Source: Balanoglossus misakiensis
Lineage: Eukaryota > Animalia > Hemichordata
Direction: 5' to 3'
Assembly: GCA_040954595.2 (NCBI GenBank)
Contig: JBECUI020000028.1
Coordinates: 124,001 to 188,000, forward strand
Length of the DNA: 64,000 bases
The translations under genes and the position numbers were made by a program. Numbering within the stretch: the first letter of the stretch is position 1; the number at the start of each line of letters is the position of its first letter. This document shows, in pieces, positions 63,450 to 64,000 of this stretch. The notes beneath the pieces were generated by a model that saw only the letters and a list, made by a program, of their open reading frames with translations, was not told where the DNA came from and did not search any database.

Positions 63450-64000
63450 TAATAGAGAGGTTCGTCTACACGTTATACACGAACGTGAACGCGCAACGTC
63501 ACGAATTTCTGTTATGACGTCATCAAGTTTTGTGTAAAGTTTGACGTTCACATAAAAGACCGCGTTTTTACATGGAGATAGATGTTTTCACGTTAGTTGC
63601 GAACGTGAAAAGTTATTCTCATTTTGGGCAACAAAAATTCATATTATCTACGAAATATGTGTATGCCTTGTTTTTTTGTGCGCAGAACGACACGGGCGGT
63701 AAATCTTGCATGTAAGCTAATTGGTCACTCAATGTAAACCAAATGACATCATCGCATTCTAAATAAGAAAATAGAGGCGTGAAATTCCCGCGATGGGATG
63801 TGGGAGTGGTTTTGAAGGAGTATGAATATTCATAACCAAGCTTTGTTAATTATATCATCCAACCACTGGCGCCCGTCAACATTTGATAGATCACTCGTTA
63901 TCCATTCGTTACTAAGCGACCCTGATCGTAGCCGGGGCTACTATCTTTCAGCTCAGCATGACATTGCTCGACTGTTGTATTTTAGATCGACGCCCTGGTC

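Noticed and set aside
63453-64000. Possible left end of another DNA transposon (TAGAGAGGTTCG..., ACGT-rich)
   Set aside because: The partner end is not in the window, so it cannot be supported.
1-64000. tRNA, rRNA or prokaryotic operons/defence systems
   Set aside because: No such signatures recognised; the YqaJ gene is intron-containing and transposon-borne, not phage-derived in this context.

Overview
Eukaryotic, AT-rich, repeat-dominated window, most likely from a marine invertebrate; this is inferred from the element families and spliced genes, and the taxon cannot be fixed from sequence alone. It is a stack of nested mobile elements: several MITEs with readable TSDs, three copies of one CR1/L2-group LINE, a CACTA/EnSpm-type non-autonomous element, Helentron-associated (HINE/DINE-like) elements nested inside each other with 237-239-bp internal tandem repeats, an approximately 500-530-bp tandem array, and a scrambled chromodomain-bearing Ty3/Gypsy element. 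An apparently intact two-gene ISL2EU transposon (THAP-DDE transposase plus SWIM/YqaJ nuclease) sits inside a decayed Academ-like transposase gene, followed by an internally deleted Zator element. The only host-type gene seen is a probably pseudogenised type I membrane C-type lectin (about 32.0-37.0 kb). Most notable: (i) each ISL2EU TIR carries a splice donor that pairs with an acceptor just before each ATG, suggesting TIR-encoded leader exons; (ii) the stacked HINE heads; (iii) tandem units fused at a shared GGCC. Family assignments rest on motif recognition; no database searches were run.
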